Shown piece after piece: positions 50,630-60,294 of a stretch of 63,569 nt of DNA. The notes beneath the pieces are model-generated. The model made no database searches. It was given only the letters and a program-made list of their open reading frames with translations, and was not told the origin of the DNA. The stretch is taken from positions 1 through 63,569 of the forward strand of contig QJZS01000200.1 of the NCBI GenBank assembly GCA_003247345.1, read 5' to 3'. The translations under genes were made by a program, and so were the position numbers. The first letter of the stretch is position 1. Each line of letters opens with the position of its first letter. This DNA comes from Spirochaetales bacterium. Its GTDB lineage: Bacteria; Spirochaetota; Spirochaetia; Sphaerochaetales; Sphaerochaetaceae.

Positions 50630-51754
50630 TCACCCAGAATCCAGGTCTTTGTCTGAAATGCGTATCGTTGATGTATCTTCAGCATTTATGCAGCATCTTC
50701 TCAATACGGAGAAGAGTTGGCGAACGTTACCCGGCCAATGATATGCAAGCATACGTTGAAGAGATGAAGGATCGATGTCCTTCGGGTATGATTCGCTTTC
50801 CAAGAAATGTTTGCATAGTTGTGGGATGTCCTCTGGGTGCTCTCTCAGAGGGGGAAGCGTAATACTTACATCATTGATTCGATAGTAGAAATCCTTACGC
50901 ATGGTTTTTCTGGAAATCAATGTGGTGAGCTTTTCATTCGATGCGGTGATAAGACGAAATCTGGAGGTTCGAAGGTTTGAATCCCCCAGCCGCCTGTATT
51001 GTCCCGATTCCAATACCCTTAAAAGATGAGATTGAAGCGTAAGGGACAAATTTTCCAATTCATCTAGAAAAAGTGTCGATTGATTTGCTTGGTGTAAAAG
51101 TCCAGGCTCTTCAGTTTTGCTATCGGTATAAGCTCCTTTCGTATGTCCGAAAAGCAAGGCGTTTCCCAACGAACCGGAGAGCAAGGAGCAATTAATGGCA
51201 ACAATGTCTTTATGCGAAAATTTTCGTTCATGAAGATACTTTGCGGCTAATTCCTTTCCTGTTCCCGTTTCTCCGTACAGATGAACCGAACAGTTTTGCT
51301 TGGCATAACGTCTCAATGAGGTTCTCAGATTGCACATCAAATCACTAGATCCTATCAGTCCACAGGTTATATAGGGTTTTTGCTGTTCCTGAACTTCTGA
51401 ATTAGTAAATTGGTTATCCAATATGCTGAATAGTTCTACAAAATCTGGATTGCTACGTTGTTTAGTTTGCATGTTTAGAGTTGGATAGGAAACTCCAGAG
51501 ATTGCTTGGTCTTCAGTGACGAAGAGAAGTATGGGAAACGTATATTTATGATAGACCAGCTGTTCAAGCAAGGAATGCTGAGTAGCGTTTCCCAGTTTTG
51601 TATCAATCACCAGGAGCTGGGGATGCTTTGTAGAATTCTCCAATGCATCCAGCAATTTTGGAATCAGGGTGAATTCACGAAGGAATGAACGGCAGAAATG
51701 ATTCTTGAACTGCTCCTTAAACCGCCAATCGGAGGAGATGATGAACAGAGACAT
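50630..51754 (-). CDS. sigma54-interaction (bEBP-like) AAA+ protein with a degenerate receiver domain and no C-terminal HTH
   Basis: GETGTGKE, AINCS, LFGHTKGAYTD, TLFLDE, RKDFYYR, WPGNVRQL; GGGAG SD. Confidence 0.85.
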   Translation of the reverse strand: MSLFIISSDWRFKEQFKNHFCRSFLREFTLIPKLLDALENSTKHPQLLVIDTKLGNATQHSLLEQLVYHKYTFPILLFVTEDQAISGVSYPTLNMQTKQRSNPDFVELFSILDNQFTNSEVQEQQKPYITCGLIGSSDLMCNLRTSLRRYAKQNCSVHLYGETGTGKELAAKYLHERKFSHKDIVAINCSLLSGSLGNALLFGHTKGAYTDSKTEEPGLLHQANQSTLFLDELENLSLTLQSHLLRVLESGQYRRLGDSNLRTSRFRLITASNEKLTTLISRKTMRKDFYYRINDVSITLPPLREHPEDIPQLCKHFLESESYPKDIDPSSLQRMLAYHWPGNVRQLFSVLRRCCINAEDTSTIRISDKDLDSG

Positions 51755-51900
51755 ACCCAGACTCCCAGTGCATGATGTAGGGAAAGCTCTACAGCATAAT
51801 ATGAGGTGTTTTGTTGTAAATTTGAATTCCCTGATTAATTGTGCATGCCGGTAAATGGAGTCTCTACTCTTGTTATAAGAGGTGTATCGGTTTAGTACTG

Positions 51901-52689
51901 TTATTCAGTCATAAGGACTTGGATGGCTGAGAGGGCATAGATTCCGGCAGTCTCACTTCTGAGAATATTGGTACGGAGCATAACCGGTTTGAAACCACCC
52001 TGTTCCAAAAGCGTGCATTCCTCTTCGCTGAATCCACCTTCTGGTCCTACAAGAACAGCGATGGGTTTTTCTATAGGATAGTCTTGGAGAAGTTGTTTCA
52101 GCGTTTGCTGTTCTTCCTCACGACTGCTTTGGTGAAAGAAAATCGCCAAGCCGCGGTTATTCCACCAAACAGGAAGATTTTTAAGTTCCAATATCTCTTG
52201 AATGAGAACTGTAGGAAGTGGGGAACCGCTTTGTTGCAATGCTTCTTTGATTTGTTTCTGCAATCGGTCGAAACGATTATCCAGAGCTTTGTCGCTTTTG
52301 GAAGAAAGATCAGGGACACAGTATCTGCTATGTACCAAAGCTATTTTTGTTACACCGATTTCGGTAGCCTGTCTAACGATTTGTTCTTCCTTTTTTCCTT
52401 TGCAAAGGCATTGGAGCAGCACCAAATTCGGGTATGGGCCTCCATAGGATGGGAGCTCATCGGTGGTTTCAGCTTCTTTTGCCTCATCTAGTTTTTGACA
52501 AGCAAGGGTGCACTGGTTTCTTTCGATGCTCGAGATGGTAAGTTGATACCTGTTTCCGCTTTTATCGCGACCCAGAATTTGCTGGCCTTCCTTCAGCCTC
52601 AATACCTTGACCAGATACTGGCTTTCCTTCCCTGTTACAATCAGGGAAGGTTCTCCATTGAAAGATTGGGGAAGGACGTACTGTCTCAT
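51901..52689 (-). CDS. rsmE: 16S rRNA m3U1498 methyltransferase
   Basis: KVLRL, QATEIGV, EALQQSG, VGPEGGFS, NILRSETA. Confidence 0.95.
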   Translation of the reverse strand: MRQYVLPQSFNGEPSLIVTGKESQYLVKVLRLKEGQQILGRDKSGNRYQLTISSIERNQCTLACQKLDEAKEAETTDELPSYGGPYPNLVLLQCLCKGKKEEQIVRQATEIGVTKIALVHSRYCVPDLSSKSDKALDNRFDRLQKQIKEALQQSGSPLPTVLIQEILELKNLPVWWNNRGLAIFFHQSSREEEQQTLKQLLQDYPIEKPIAVLVGPEGGFSEEECTLLEQGGFKPVMLRTNILRSETAGIYALSAIQVLMTE

Positions 52690-54116
52690 ATTCCCGTCCT
52701 GATGAATTGGATAGCACGGTTCAATTGTTTGTCAAAGGTAGGATCTGCTATCGGGCGGTCATCGTAAGGGATCTGTGAGAGATATTCATTACGAATGAGC
52801 AACAACAGCACATCCTCGCTGAGCCCGCTCTCCGCATATTGCTGAGCAAAAAGGCGTATATTCTGATCCGTTGCTTCGGGATGCTCTGCAGTAAAGGTCT
52901 TGAGCACTTTTTCCTTCATGAGATTTTCGTAGATGGGAATTTCCTCATCGGTGAAATCGGTATCGGCTACAAGGATGTCAGGCTCAATTCCCTTCTTATG
53001 GATGCTTTCGCCATTGGGTGTGTAGTAATGGGCAGTAGTTACTTGGGCAAACCCTTCCCCAAACTGGAAAACATCCTGGACAATGCCTTTTCCAAAGGTT
53101 TTTGATCCGACGAGTGTGGCCCTTTCATTTTCTTTCAATGCTGCAGCAAAGATTTCAGCAGAGGAAGCCGAGCCCCCGTTGGTAAGGATCACAATAGGAA
53201 TGTCTGAAGGAAATTCTGGAGCACCACTGGAGATATATCGTTGGTCTTTGTTGGTCCCTTTCTTTCCTTGTATAGTCACAATAGTCTTTCCTTCGTCAAG
53301 GAAAATGTTTGCTGATTGCAATGCTCCGTCTACCGCTCCTCCAGGATTGTTGCGTTCATCGATAACAAGTCCAACGATGTTCTGAGCGGTCAGTTTCTTT
53401 ATATTTTCCAGGAGCTGACTCCCTGTTTTGGGGGTGAATTCAGAAAGGCTGACGTATCCGATATCACCTTCGATAACTCCGCTGTCAACCGTTGGGGTAG
53501 TGATTTGTTCTCTGGTCAAGGTCAAATCGAAGGAGGTTCCGTCTCGATAGACTGTTATGGTGACACTGGTGTTGGGTTCTCCCCTGAGTTTCATACTGGC
53601 TTCGTAACTGGTCAGATCATCGACGGGTTCTCCATCGATATGACTGATCAAATCGCCTGCTCTCAAACCTGCACGCTGGGCAGGAGAACCGGGGAACGGA
53701 GAGACTATCGTTATCATATAGGTACTGGGATCCTCGGCATCTTTCATCTCTGGAGCTGGCTTGTTCAGGTATGTCCCGATTCCCCCGTATACGCCGGCGG
53801 TTTCCTCTTGATATTGCTTTGCCTCAGAAGGCGGTACATAGAAGGAATAGGGATCATCCAAACTGGCTACAAGCGCAGTAGCCAAGTCGTCAAACATTTT
53901 TTGTTTATCGACTTCATCAATGTAGATGGAATCCACATAACGATACAGTCGTTCCAAAGAGTTCATATCCTGCCCAATTTGATCGGAGCTGGAGGATGTC
54001 TGTGGCGTTAGGGTTGAGGAAAGAACCTGTTCGACTGAGCCCCCTGCATAGAGGGGAATGACAAGGAGAAATACAATGAAACTTAGGCTGAGCCTTCGTG
54101 TTATTATGCTTTTCAT
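52686..54116 (-). CDS. ctpA: S41 carboxyl-terminal processing protease with PDZ domain
   Basis: Signal peptide, LDDPYS, GGIG (PDZ), DERNNPGG, SASSAEIFA, KTFGKG. Confidence 0.93.
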   Translation of the reverse strand: MKSIITRRLSLSFIVFLLVIPLYAGGSVEQVLSSTLTPQTSSSSDQIGQDMNSLERLYRYVDSIYIDEVDKQKMFDDLATALVASLDDPYSFYVPPSEAKQYQEETAGVYGGIGTYLNKPAPEMKDAEDPSTYMITIVSPFPGSPAQRAGLRAGDLISHIDGEPVDDLTSYEASMKLRGEPNTSVTITVYRDGTSFDLTLTREQITTPTVDSGVIEGDIGYVSLSEFTPKTGSQLLENIKKLTAQNIVGLVIDERNNPGGAVDGALQSANIFLDEGKTIVTIQGKKGTNKDQRYISSGAPEFPSDIPIVILTNGGSASSAEIFAAALKENERATLVGSKTFGKGIVQDVFQFGEGFAQVTTAHYYTPNGESIHKKGIEPDILVADTDFTDEEIPIYENLMKEKVLKTFTAEHPEATDQNIRLFAQQYAESGLSEDVLLLLIRNEYLSQIPYDDRPIADPTFDKQLNRAIQFIRTGI

Positions 54117-54198
54117 AATTTGAATATACTGCATGAAGGAAAAAACGGCTAGATTATGCAGTATTGACCACACCAGTATTGCAGATTACACTTGCTCC

Positions 54199-55152
54199 AT
54201 GACCCTTTTTATCTCCTTCCCAAGCTGGATTTCACCACAAATATTTCCATCTTTGCCTTTGAGATGGTACGGTTTGATGTACGTCGTCGCATTTTCCATC
54301 GCATATGCTCTAATTCGTATCCAAGCAAGGAAAGGAGAAATAGCATTGGACTCAGATCAGAGTCTCAATTTGGTATTGTACTGTGTAATCGGCCTTATTC
54401 TTGGAGCCAGATTGTTTTCAGTTCTATTTTATGATGGATCGCTGTATTACTGGACCCATCCATGGATGATATTCTGGCCATTTAGGGGCGGACAATTCAT
54501 TGGACTGCCCGGTATGAGTTATCATGGCGGTCTGGTCGGGGGCATTCTTGGTGGATATCTGTATAGCCGTAAATACAAATATTCATTCATGGATATTGCC
54601 GATACAGTCTGTTATGCAGTACCGCTTGGTTATACCTTTGGCCGGTTGGGGAATTTTATCAATGGGGAACTCTTTGGAAGAGTCTCAACGAAACCTTGGG
54701 CAATTGTTTTTCCTCATGCTCCTTCTTTCTCAACCAATTATGCATGGGTGCGCGAAATTGCTGATTCTGTAGGACTTGCCTATCAAAAGGGAGAGTTGAT
54801 CAATCTTCCCAGACATCCCAGTCAGTTGTATGAAGCCCTTTTTGAAGGCATTCTTCTTTTCTTGTTCCTTTGGTTTGTGATTCGTCCTAGACGAAAGAAG
54901 ATGCCCTCTGGATTCGGACTGGTATGGTATATGGCCGGATACGGGGTTCTCCGGTTCTTCATTGAATATTTTAGGTCCCCTGATGAGAATCTGGGGTATA
55001 TGATTGCTTTGGGAAGACAGTCGGACAATATTTCCATTTTTCAGTCCTTCTTTAATTTTTCCCTAGGCCAACTTTTCTGTATTGCCATGATAGTGGCTGC
55101 AGTGATTTTTGCTGTTATTCTGAAACGGCATGAAGGAGTCAAACATGACTGA
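54199..55152 (+). CDS. lgt: Prolipoprotein diacylglyceryl transferase
   Basis: RWYGLMY, GARL, GMSYHGG, GRLGNFINGELFGR, RHPSQLYE; ATG 6 nt after TTGACC-17-TACACT. Confidence 0.97.
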   Translation: MTLFISFPSWISPQIFPSLPLRWYGLMYVVAFSIAYALIRIQARKGEIALDSDQSLNLVLYCVIGLILGARLFSVLFYDGSLYYWTHPWMIFWPFRGGQFIGLPGMSYHGGLVGGILGGYLYSRKYKYSFMDIADTVCYAVPLGYTFGRLGNFINGELFGRVSTKPWAIVFPHAPSFSTNYAWVREIADSVGLAYQKGELINLPRHPSQLYEALFEGILLFLFLWFVIRPRRKKMPSGFGLVWYMAGYGVLRFFIEYFRSPDENLGYMIALGRQSDNISIFQSFFNFSLGQLFCIAMIVAAVIFAVILKRHEGVKHD

Positions 55153-56926
55153 AATTAATGAACGTGTTGCCAAACTACGTTCTTTGCTATCTAAACACAA
55201 ACTGGATGGATGGATTATCAATGGTACTGATCCACATCAGAGTGAATATGTCTGTGACCGTTGGAGAACCCGAAATTGGATAAGTGGGTTCAGCGGTAGT
55301 GCTGGAACTGTGGTAATTACACAGGATGAAGCACTCCTTTGGGTCGACTCCCGTTACTTTATACAGGCACAACAGCAAATTGAGGGTACCTGTTTTAAAA
55401 TGATGAAGGTCGATACTCCGTCCTATCCGAGTCCGAACATCTATCTGCGAGAAGTATTGGCGAAAGGCAGCAAGGTTGGCATCGATAAGGCCACTTTGAC
55501 TGTGAAAAGCCAGCAAGCTATCGCCGAAGTCTTTGGCGGCGACCTTGATTTGGTGCCCTATGATGACCTGCTTGATATGATTTGGACTGATAGGCCACCG
55601 GTTCCAAACAAACCGGTAATCGGCCTTCCTGACGAAATTACAGGATTTTCCGCCGCTCAAAAATTGACGATGGTTCGCTATGCTATGCTAGATCATGGCG
55701 CTACCTATACCATCATATCATCTTTGGATGATATAGCTTGGCTTACCAATTTACGTGGGGACGATGTCTCTTACAATCCTGTTTTCCTTTCCTATCTGTT
55801 GGTGGGCAAGCAAAAGGCTTGGTTGTTTACCTCCGAATCAAGATTCTCCGATGATTTGACCAAAGAGATATCCCAAGATTTTGAACTGCTTGCGTATGAC
55901 CAAGTAGTTCCTACTTTGCGAACAATCCTCAGAGCCGATGATGTAGTTTATTACAATCCTGAGAAAACCAATCTTCTGCTTTCCTCCACGTTCGATTCCT
56001 TGCAGAAAGTCGAAGGATTGGATTTTACTACGGACCTGAAAGCTTGCAAGAATGATACAGAGCTGCAAGGAATGAGAAAAGCACATCTGCTGGATGGCGT
56101 AGCCTTGGTCAATTTCCTTTCTCGTCTCGATACCCAAAATGGCGAGTACACAGAGATAGAAATCTCTGACATGCTCAAGGAGCAGAGAGGAAGAAACAGC
56201 GATTGTATCGGCGAATCGTTTGCCCCGATCAGTGGCTGGGCTCCTCATGGGGCGATGTGTCATTACAGTGCAACAAAAGAAAGCAATGCAAAAGTGCAAG
56301 GAGACGGTCTGTTGGTATTGGATACCGGCGGTATGTATACCTTCGGATTGACAGATGTAACAAGAACCATTCTTTTCGGCAACGCCACCGAGGAACAGAT
56401 TCGGGATTATACATTGGTCCTCAAGGGCAATCTTGCCTTGGCTTCCGCACGGTTCCCCGAAGGTACCTGTGGCTACCAATTGGATGCTTTGGCACGTCAG
56501 TTTCTCTGGCAAGCAGGGATGACTTTCTACCATGGTACCGGCCATGGTCTTGGCTTCAGGTTGAATGTACATGAAGGGCCTCATAATATAAGTCCGAGAC
56601 CTTTGGCAGTTGCGTTGAAAAAAGGTATGATTGTCAGTGATGAACCAGGACTGTACAAAGAAGGTCGTCATGGCATTCGGATTGAGAATATCATTACGGT
56701 ACGAGAAGATGTAAAGACGGAATTCGGCCAGTTCTTCAGCTTTGAGGTATTGACCATTTGTCCGTTTGAAAGCAGATTGATAGACGTGAATCTTCTTTCC
56801 GGTCAAGAGATAACGATGGTAAATGCTTATCATCGTTGGGTGTATGAGGAATTGAAGTCGTTAGTAGATGATTCAGCGCTGCCATATTTGAAAGAGGCAA
56901 CAAAGCCTCTTGGCGCAGCAAAGTAA
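55145..56926 (+). CDS. Aminopeptidase P family (M24B) Xaa-Pro aminopeptidase
   Basis: DPHQSEY, GFSGSAG, DSRYF, DTGGMY..TDVTRT, HGTGHG..VHEGP, DEPG, GIRIEN. Confidence 0.93.
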   Translation: MTEINERVAKLRSLLSKHKLDGWIINGTDPHQSEYVCDRWRTRNWISGFSGSAGTVVITQDEALLWVDSRYFIQAQQQIEGTCFKMMKVDTPSYPSPNIYLREVLAKGSKVGIDKATLTVKSQQAIAEVFGGDLDLVPYDDLLDMIWTDRPPVPNKPVIGLPDEITGFSAAQKLTMVRYAMLDHGATYTIISSLDDIAWLTNLRGDDVSYNPVFLSYLLVGKQKAWLFTSESRFSDDLTKEISQDFELLAYDQVVPTLRTILRADDVVYYNPEKTNLLLSSTFDSLQKVEGLDFTTDLKACKNDTELQGMRKAHLLDGVALVNFLSRLDTQNGEYTEIEISDMLKEQRGRNSDCIGESFAPISGWAPHGAMCHYSATKESNAKVQGDGLLVLDTGGMYTFGLTDVTRTILFGNATEEQIRDYTLVLKGNLALASARFPEGTCGYQLDALARQFLWQAGMTFYHGTGHGLGFRLNVHEGPHNISPRPLAVALKKGMIVSDEPGLYKEGRHGIRIENIITVREDVKTEFGQFFSFEVLTICPFESRLIDVNLLSGQEITMVNAYHRWVYEELKSLVDDSALPYLKEATKPLGAAK

Positions 56927-56942
56927 TAAGGAGCATATGACA

Positions 56943-58595
56943 ATGGTTGATGCATTGAAGAAAATGGGCAAGATTTCCCGCAAAGGGCCAGTGGTTTTAG
57001 TCATCATGGATGGTGTCGGTTTTGGAAAATACAAGGAAGGGGATGCTGTCGCTGATGCTCTTACCGGAACGCTTTCGAAACTCTATGCATCGAATCCTTG
57101 GACTAAAATGAAAGCGCACGGAACGGCTGTAGGTCTTCCTAGTGATGATGATATGGGAAACAGCGAAGTCGGCCATAATGCCATGGGTTGCGGTCGTGTG
57201 TTTTCCCAAGGTGCAAAATTGGTTGCAAACTCCATTGCGACAGGAAAAATGTTTCAGGGTGAAACCTGGAAGAAATTGGTAAAAAATACCAAGGCCCACG
57301 ATGATGGATCCACCTTGCATTTTATTGGATTACTCAGTGATGGAAATGTACACTCCCATATTGAGAATCTGAAAGCCATGATCGTCCAAGCCAAGGCTGA
57401 CGGTGTTCCAAAGGTACGTGTCCATGCACTGCTGGATGGTCGTGATGTCGGTGAAATGAGTGCTCTTGAGTATTTCGATCCGTTCGATGAATTCCTTGCA
57501 TCCCTCAGCGACGATAGCTTTGATGCCAAGATTGCAAGTGGTGGTGGTCGTATGGTCATTACCATGGACCGTTACAATGCCAACTGGAATATGGTCAAAA
57601 AAGGTTGGGAAACCCATGTTTTAGGTGAGGGCCGTTTATTCGACAATGCTCACGTAGCCATTGAGACCCTTCGTCAGGAAACAGGTGCCATTGACCAGGA
57701 CCTTCCTCCGTTCGTAATTGCCAAGGATGGTAAGCCGGTTGGAACCATTGAGGATGGGGATAGCGTAATCTTGTTCAACTTCCGCGGAGACCGTGCTTTG
57801 GAAATCACCAAGGCTTTTGAAGCCGAGGAACTGACTGAGTTTGACAGAAAGCGTCGCCCAAAGGTGGAATACGCAGGTATGATGGAATATGACGGTGATT
57901 TACATGTACCCGCTCAGTATCTGGTAACTCCTCCTGCTATCGATAGAACTCTCGCTGAGTACCTTTGTGCTTCCAAGGTGACGCAATTCTCCACCAGTGA
58001 GACGCAGAAATTTGGCCATGTAACCTACTTCTTCAATGGAAACAAGAGCGGTAAGTTTGACCCATCCCTTGAAGAATATGTTGAGATTCCCAGTGATATC
58101 GTTCCTTTCGAACAAAGACCTTGGATGAAATGTGCTGAAATTGCCGATCGTGTCATTGAGGAAGTGGAAAGCGGCAAATGGGATTTTATCAAGCTGAATT
58201 TCCCCAATGGTGATATGGTTGGCCATACCGGAAACTATGAGGCTGTTGTTTGCTCCATGGAAGGTCTCGACCTCCAGATTGGAAGACTGCATAAAGTTAT
58301 CATGGCAGCAGGTGGTGTCATGGTCATTACTGCAGACCATGGAAATGCCGATGACATGTATGAGCATGGAAAGGATGGCAGCGTAAAATATAAGGAAAAT
58401 GGTGATCCTAAAGCCAAGACAAGCCATTCCCTCAATCCTGTTCCTTGTATCATCTGTGACAGCAACTACCAAGGAGAATATGAGACAGAACTCAAGAGTG
58501 GACTTGGAATCAGCAGTATTGCAGCAACCTGCATGAACTTGCTCGATTTCGAGGCTCCTGCCGATTATGATCCAAGTGTTATTACCATAAAATAA
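56943..58595 (+). CDS. gpmI: 2,3-bisphosphoglycerate-independent phosphoglycerate mutase
   Basis: MDGVG, MGNSEVGH, SDGNVHSH, DGRD, NFRGDR, NGDMVGH, TADHGN. Start is 56937 or 56943. Confidence 0.97.
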   Translation: MVDALKKMGKISRKGPVVLVIMDGVGFGKYKEGDAVADALTGTLSKLYASNPWTKMKAHGTAVGLPSDDDMGNSEVGHNAMGCGRVFSQGAKLVANSIATGKMFQGETWKKLVKNTKAHDDGSTLHFIGLLSDGNVHSHIENLKAMIVQAKADGVPKVRVHALLDGRDVGEMSALEYFDPFDEFLASLSDDSFDAKIASGGGRMVITMDRYNANWNMVKKGWETHVLGEGRLFDNAHVAIETLRQETGAIDQDLPPFVIAKDGKPVGTIEDGDSVILFNFRGDRALEITKAFEAEELTEFDRKRRPKVEYAGMMEYDGDLHVPAQYLVTPPAIDRTLAEYLCASKVTQFSTSETQKFGHVTYFFNGNKSGKFDPSLEEYVEIPSDIVPFEQRPWMKCAEIADRVIEEVESGKWDFIKLNFPNGDMVGHTGNYEAVVCSMEGLDLQIGRLHKVIMAAGGVMVITADHGNADDMYEHGKDGSVKYKENGDPKAKTSHSLNPVPCIICDSNYQGEYETELKSGLGISSIAATCMNLLDFEAPADYDPSVITIK

Positions 58596-58613
58596 TAAAA
58601 GTGTGGTAGTATG

Positions 58614-58643
58614 AAAACAGGGCCTAATTTTAGGCCCTGTTTT
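58614..58643 (+). terminator. Intrinsic terminator after gpmI
   Basis: AAAACAGGGCCTAA-TT-TTAGGCCCTGTTTT. Confidence 0.75.
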
Positions 58644-58662
58644 GCTTAAAGAGGAGGAAAGC

Positions 58663-59517
58663 ATGGAATACATGACATTCGGTCGGACAGGGCATACCTC
58701 CAGCAGGGTGCTCTTTGGTGCTGCTGCTTTCTGGACTGTAAGTCAGAAGGAAGCAGATCAAACCCTCGGTCTTCTTTTGGACAACGGGATCAATCATATC
58801 GACACTGCCCGCAGTTACGGGGATGCCGAGCTACGGATTGGTCCTTGGATGAAAGAATATCGATCCAAGTTCTTTCTTGCCTCCAAGACTAATAAGAGAA
58901 CGAAGAAAGAAGCTTTGGAGGAATTGAAAGAGAGTCTCACCCGATTGCAAACAGACCATTTGGATCTTTGGCAATTGCATGGGCTCCATGAAAGAGATGA
59001 ATGGGAAATTGCCATGGGCGAAGGCGGAGTCCTTGAAGCTGCGCTTGAGGCAAAAGAGCAAGGTCTCGTGAGATTCATTGGAGTTACAGGCCATGGGGTT
59101 GGAGCTCCGAGAGCGCATCTCAACAGTCTAGAGGTGTATGATTTTAATTCCGTGCTTTTCCCTTACAACTACTTGATGATGCAAAATCCCATCTATAAAG
59201 CAGATGTTGAGCAATTACTTGCTGTCTGCAAAGAAAGAAATGTTGCGGTGCAAACAATCAAATCCCTTGCCAGGGGAGAACTTGGGGACAAGGAAAAAAT
59301 CTATGCAACGTGGTATGACCCCTTGGTAAACGCTTCTGTAATTGAGAAAGCTGTACACTGGGTTCTCTCCAATGAACAGGTATACCTCAATAGTACCGGA
59401 GATATCGGTATTCTTCCCGATGTTTTGAAAGCTGCACAAAAGAAAATCGTGAAACCTTCCGATGAAGAAATGGAAGCTATGATAAAAGCAGAGGGGATGA
59501 AACCTTTGTTTGTCTAG
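58663..59517 (+). CDS. Aldo/keto reductase
   Basis: FGRTG, IDTARSYG, ASK, DLWQLH, IGVTGH; GAGGAGG SD. Confidence 0.9.
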   Translation: MEYMTFGRTGHTSSRVLFGAAAFWTVSQKEADQTLGLLLDNGINHIDTARSYGDAELRIGPWMKEYRSKFFLASKTNKRTKKEALEELKESLTRLQTDHLDLWQLHGLHERDEWEIAMGEGGVLEAALEAKEQGLVRFIGVTGHGVGAPRAHLNSLEVYDFNSVLFPYNYLMMQNPIYKADVEQLLAVCKERNVAVQTIKSLARGELGDKEKIYATWYDPLVNASVIEKAVHWVLSNEQVYLNSTGDIGILPDVLKAAQKKIVKPSDEEMEAMIKAEGMKPLFV

Positions 59518-59520
59518 GCG

Positions 59521-60288
59521 CTATGCCCAGATATGGTATGTCCTGGTAACCAGAATCAAGGTGGTGACTCCTGCTACATAGAATATGAGCCCTATGGTGT
59601 TGATAATCGCTCCTTGGCTGATGGCTACCATGGCATTTCCTATGATCATAAGAATGAAGGCAAGACATCGAGAGAAGCTTTGCCTAGAGAGATTCTTGTC
59701 AAACATTACGATCACAAATGCAAATACGGCCAAAGCATTGACCAAAATACACACACCCAAAAAGAGCCTGTTGGTAATTCCTGCCTCCCAAAGGAAAGCA
59801 GGATTGTTTATCGACACAGGAACAAGAATTGAGAGTAAAAGGGCACTTGCAGCCCCAAAGAATGAGTATTGGCCGAGTTTGATTGGAGTTATTGTTTGTT
59901 GGAACAAGCCTGATGCAAGAAAGAGGAAAGAAGAGAACAGTAAGGCAAAATGATATGCGATGGAAATTACACTTGCACTGAGAATAAATGTATGGGTAAT
60001 AGCCTGATACAAAGGAAGAATTTTAATATTACTCAAGCTGATCATTAGGAATAAGAGAGGTAGAACCCTGGCCTCTGCCCCTACATTTGCACGGTAGAGG
60101 AAACAGAGTAGCAACGCTGCCACCAAAGCAAACCAGAGATTGATTAGTGAAGGCAGTAGGTGTGATTGCGCTGTCTCCCAGGTGCCTAATTGCACAGTAA
60201 TCCAAGTCGCATGAAAAATTGCGAAAGTGAGTAATAAGGTTATGAAAGCTTGGATTCCTAAGAGGATGAAGCGAATGTTTTTTCCCAT
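59521..60288 (-). CDS. Hypothetical polytopic membrane protein (about 7-8 TM)
   Basis: Long hydrophobic ORF starting 6 bp after the symporter stop. Confidence 0.7.
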   Translation of the reverse strand: MGKNIRFILLGIQAFITLLLTFAIFHATWITVQLGTWETAQSHLLPSLINLWFALVAALLLCFLYRANVGAEARVLPLLFLMISLSNIKILPLYQAITHTFILSASVISIAYHFALLFSSFLFLASGLFQQTITPIKLGQYSFFGAASALLLSILVPVSINNPAFLWEAGITNRLFLGVCILVNALAVFAFVIVMFDKNLSRQSFSRCLAFILMIIGNAMVAISQGAIINTIGLIFYVAGVTTLILVTRTYHIWA

Positions 60289-60294
60289 AATGGT

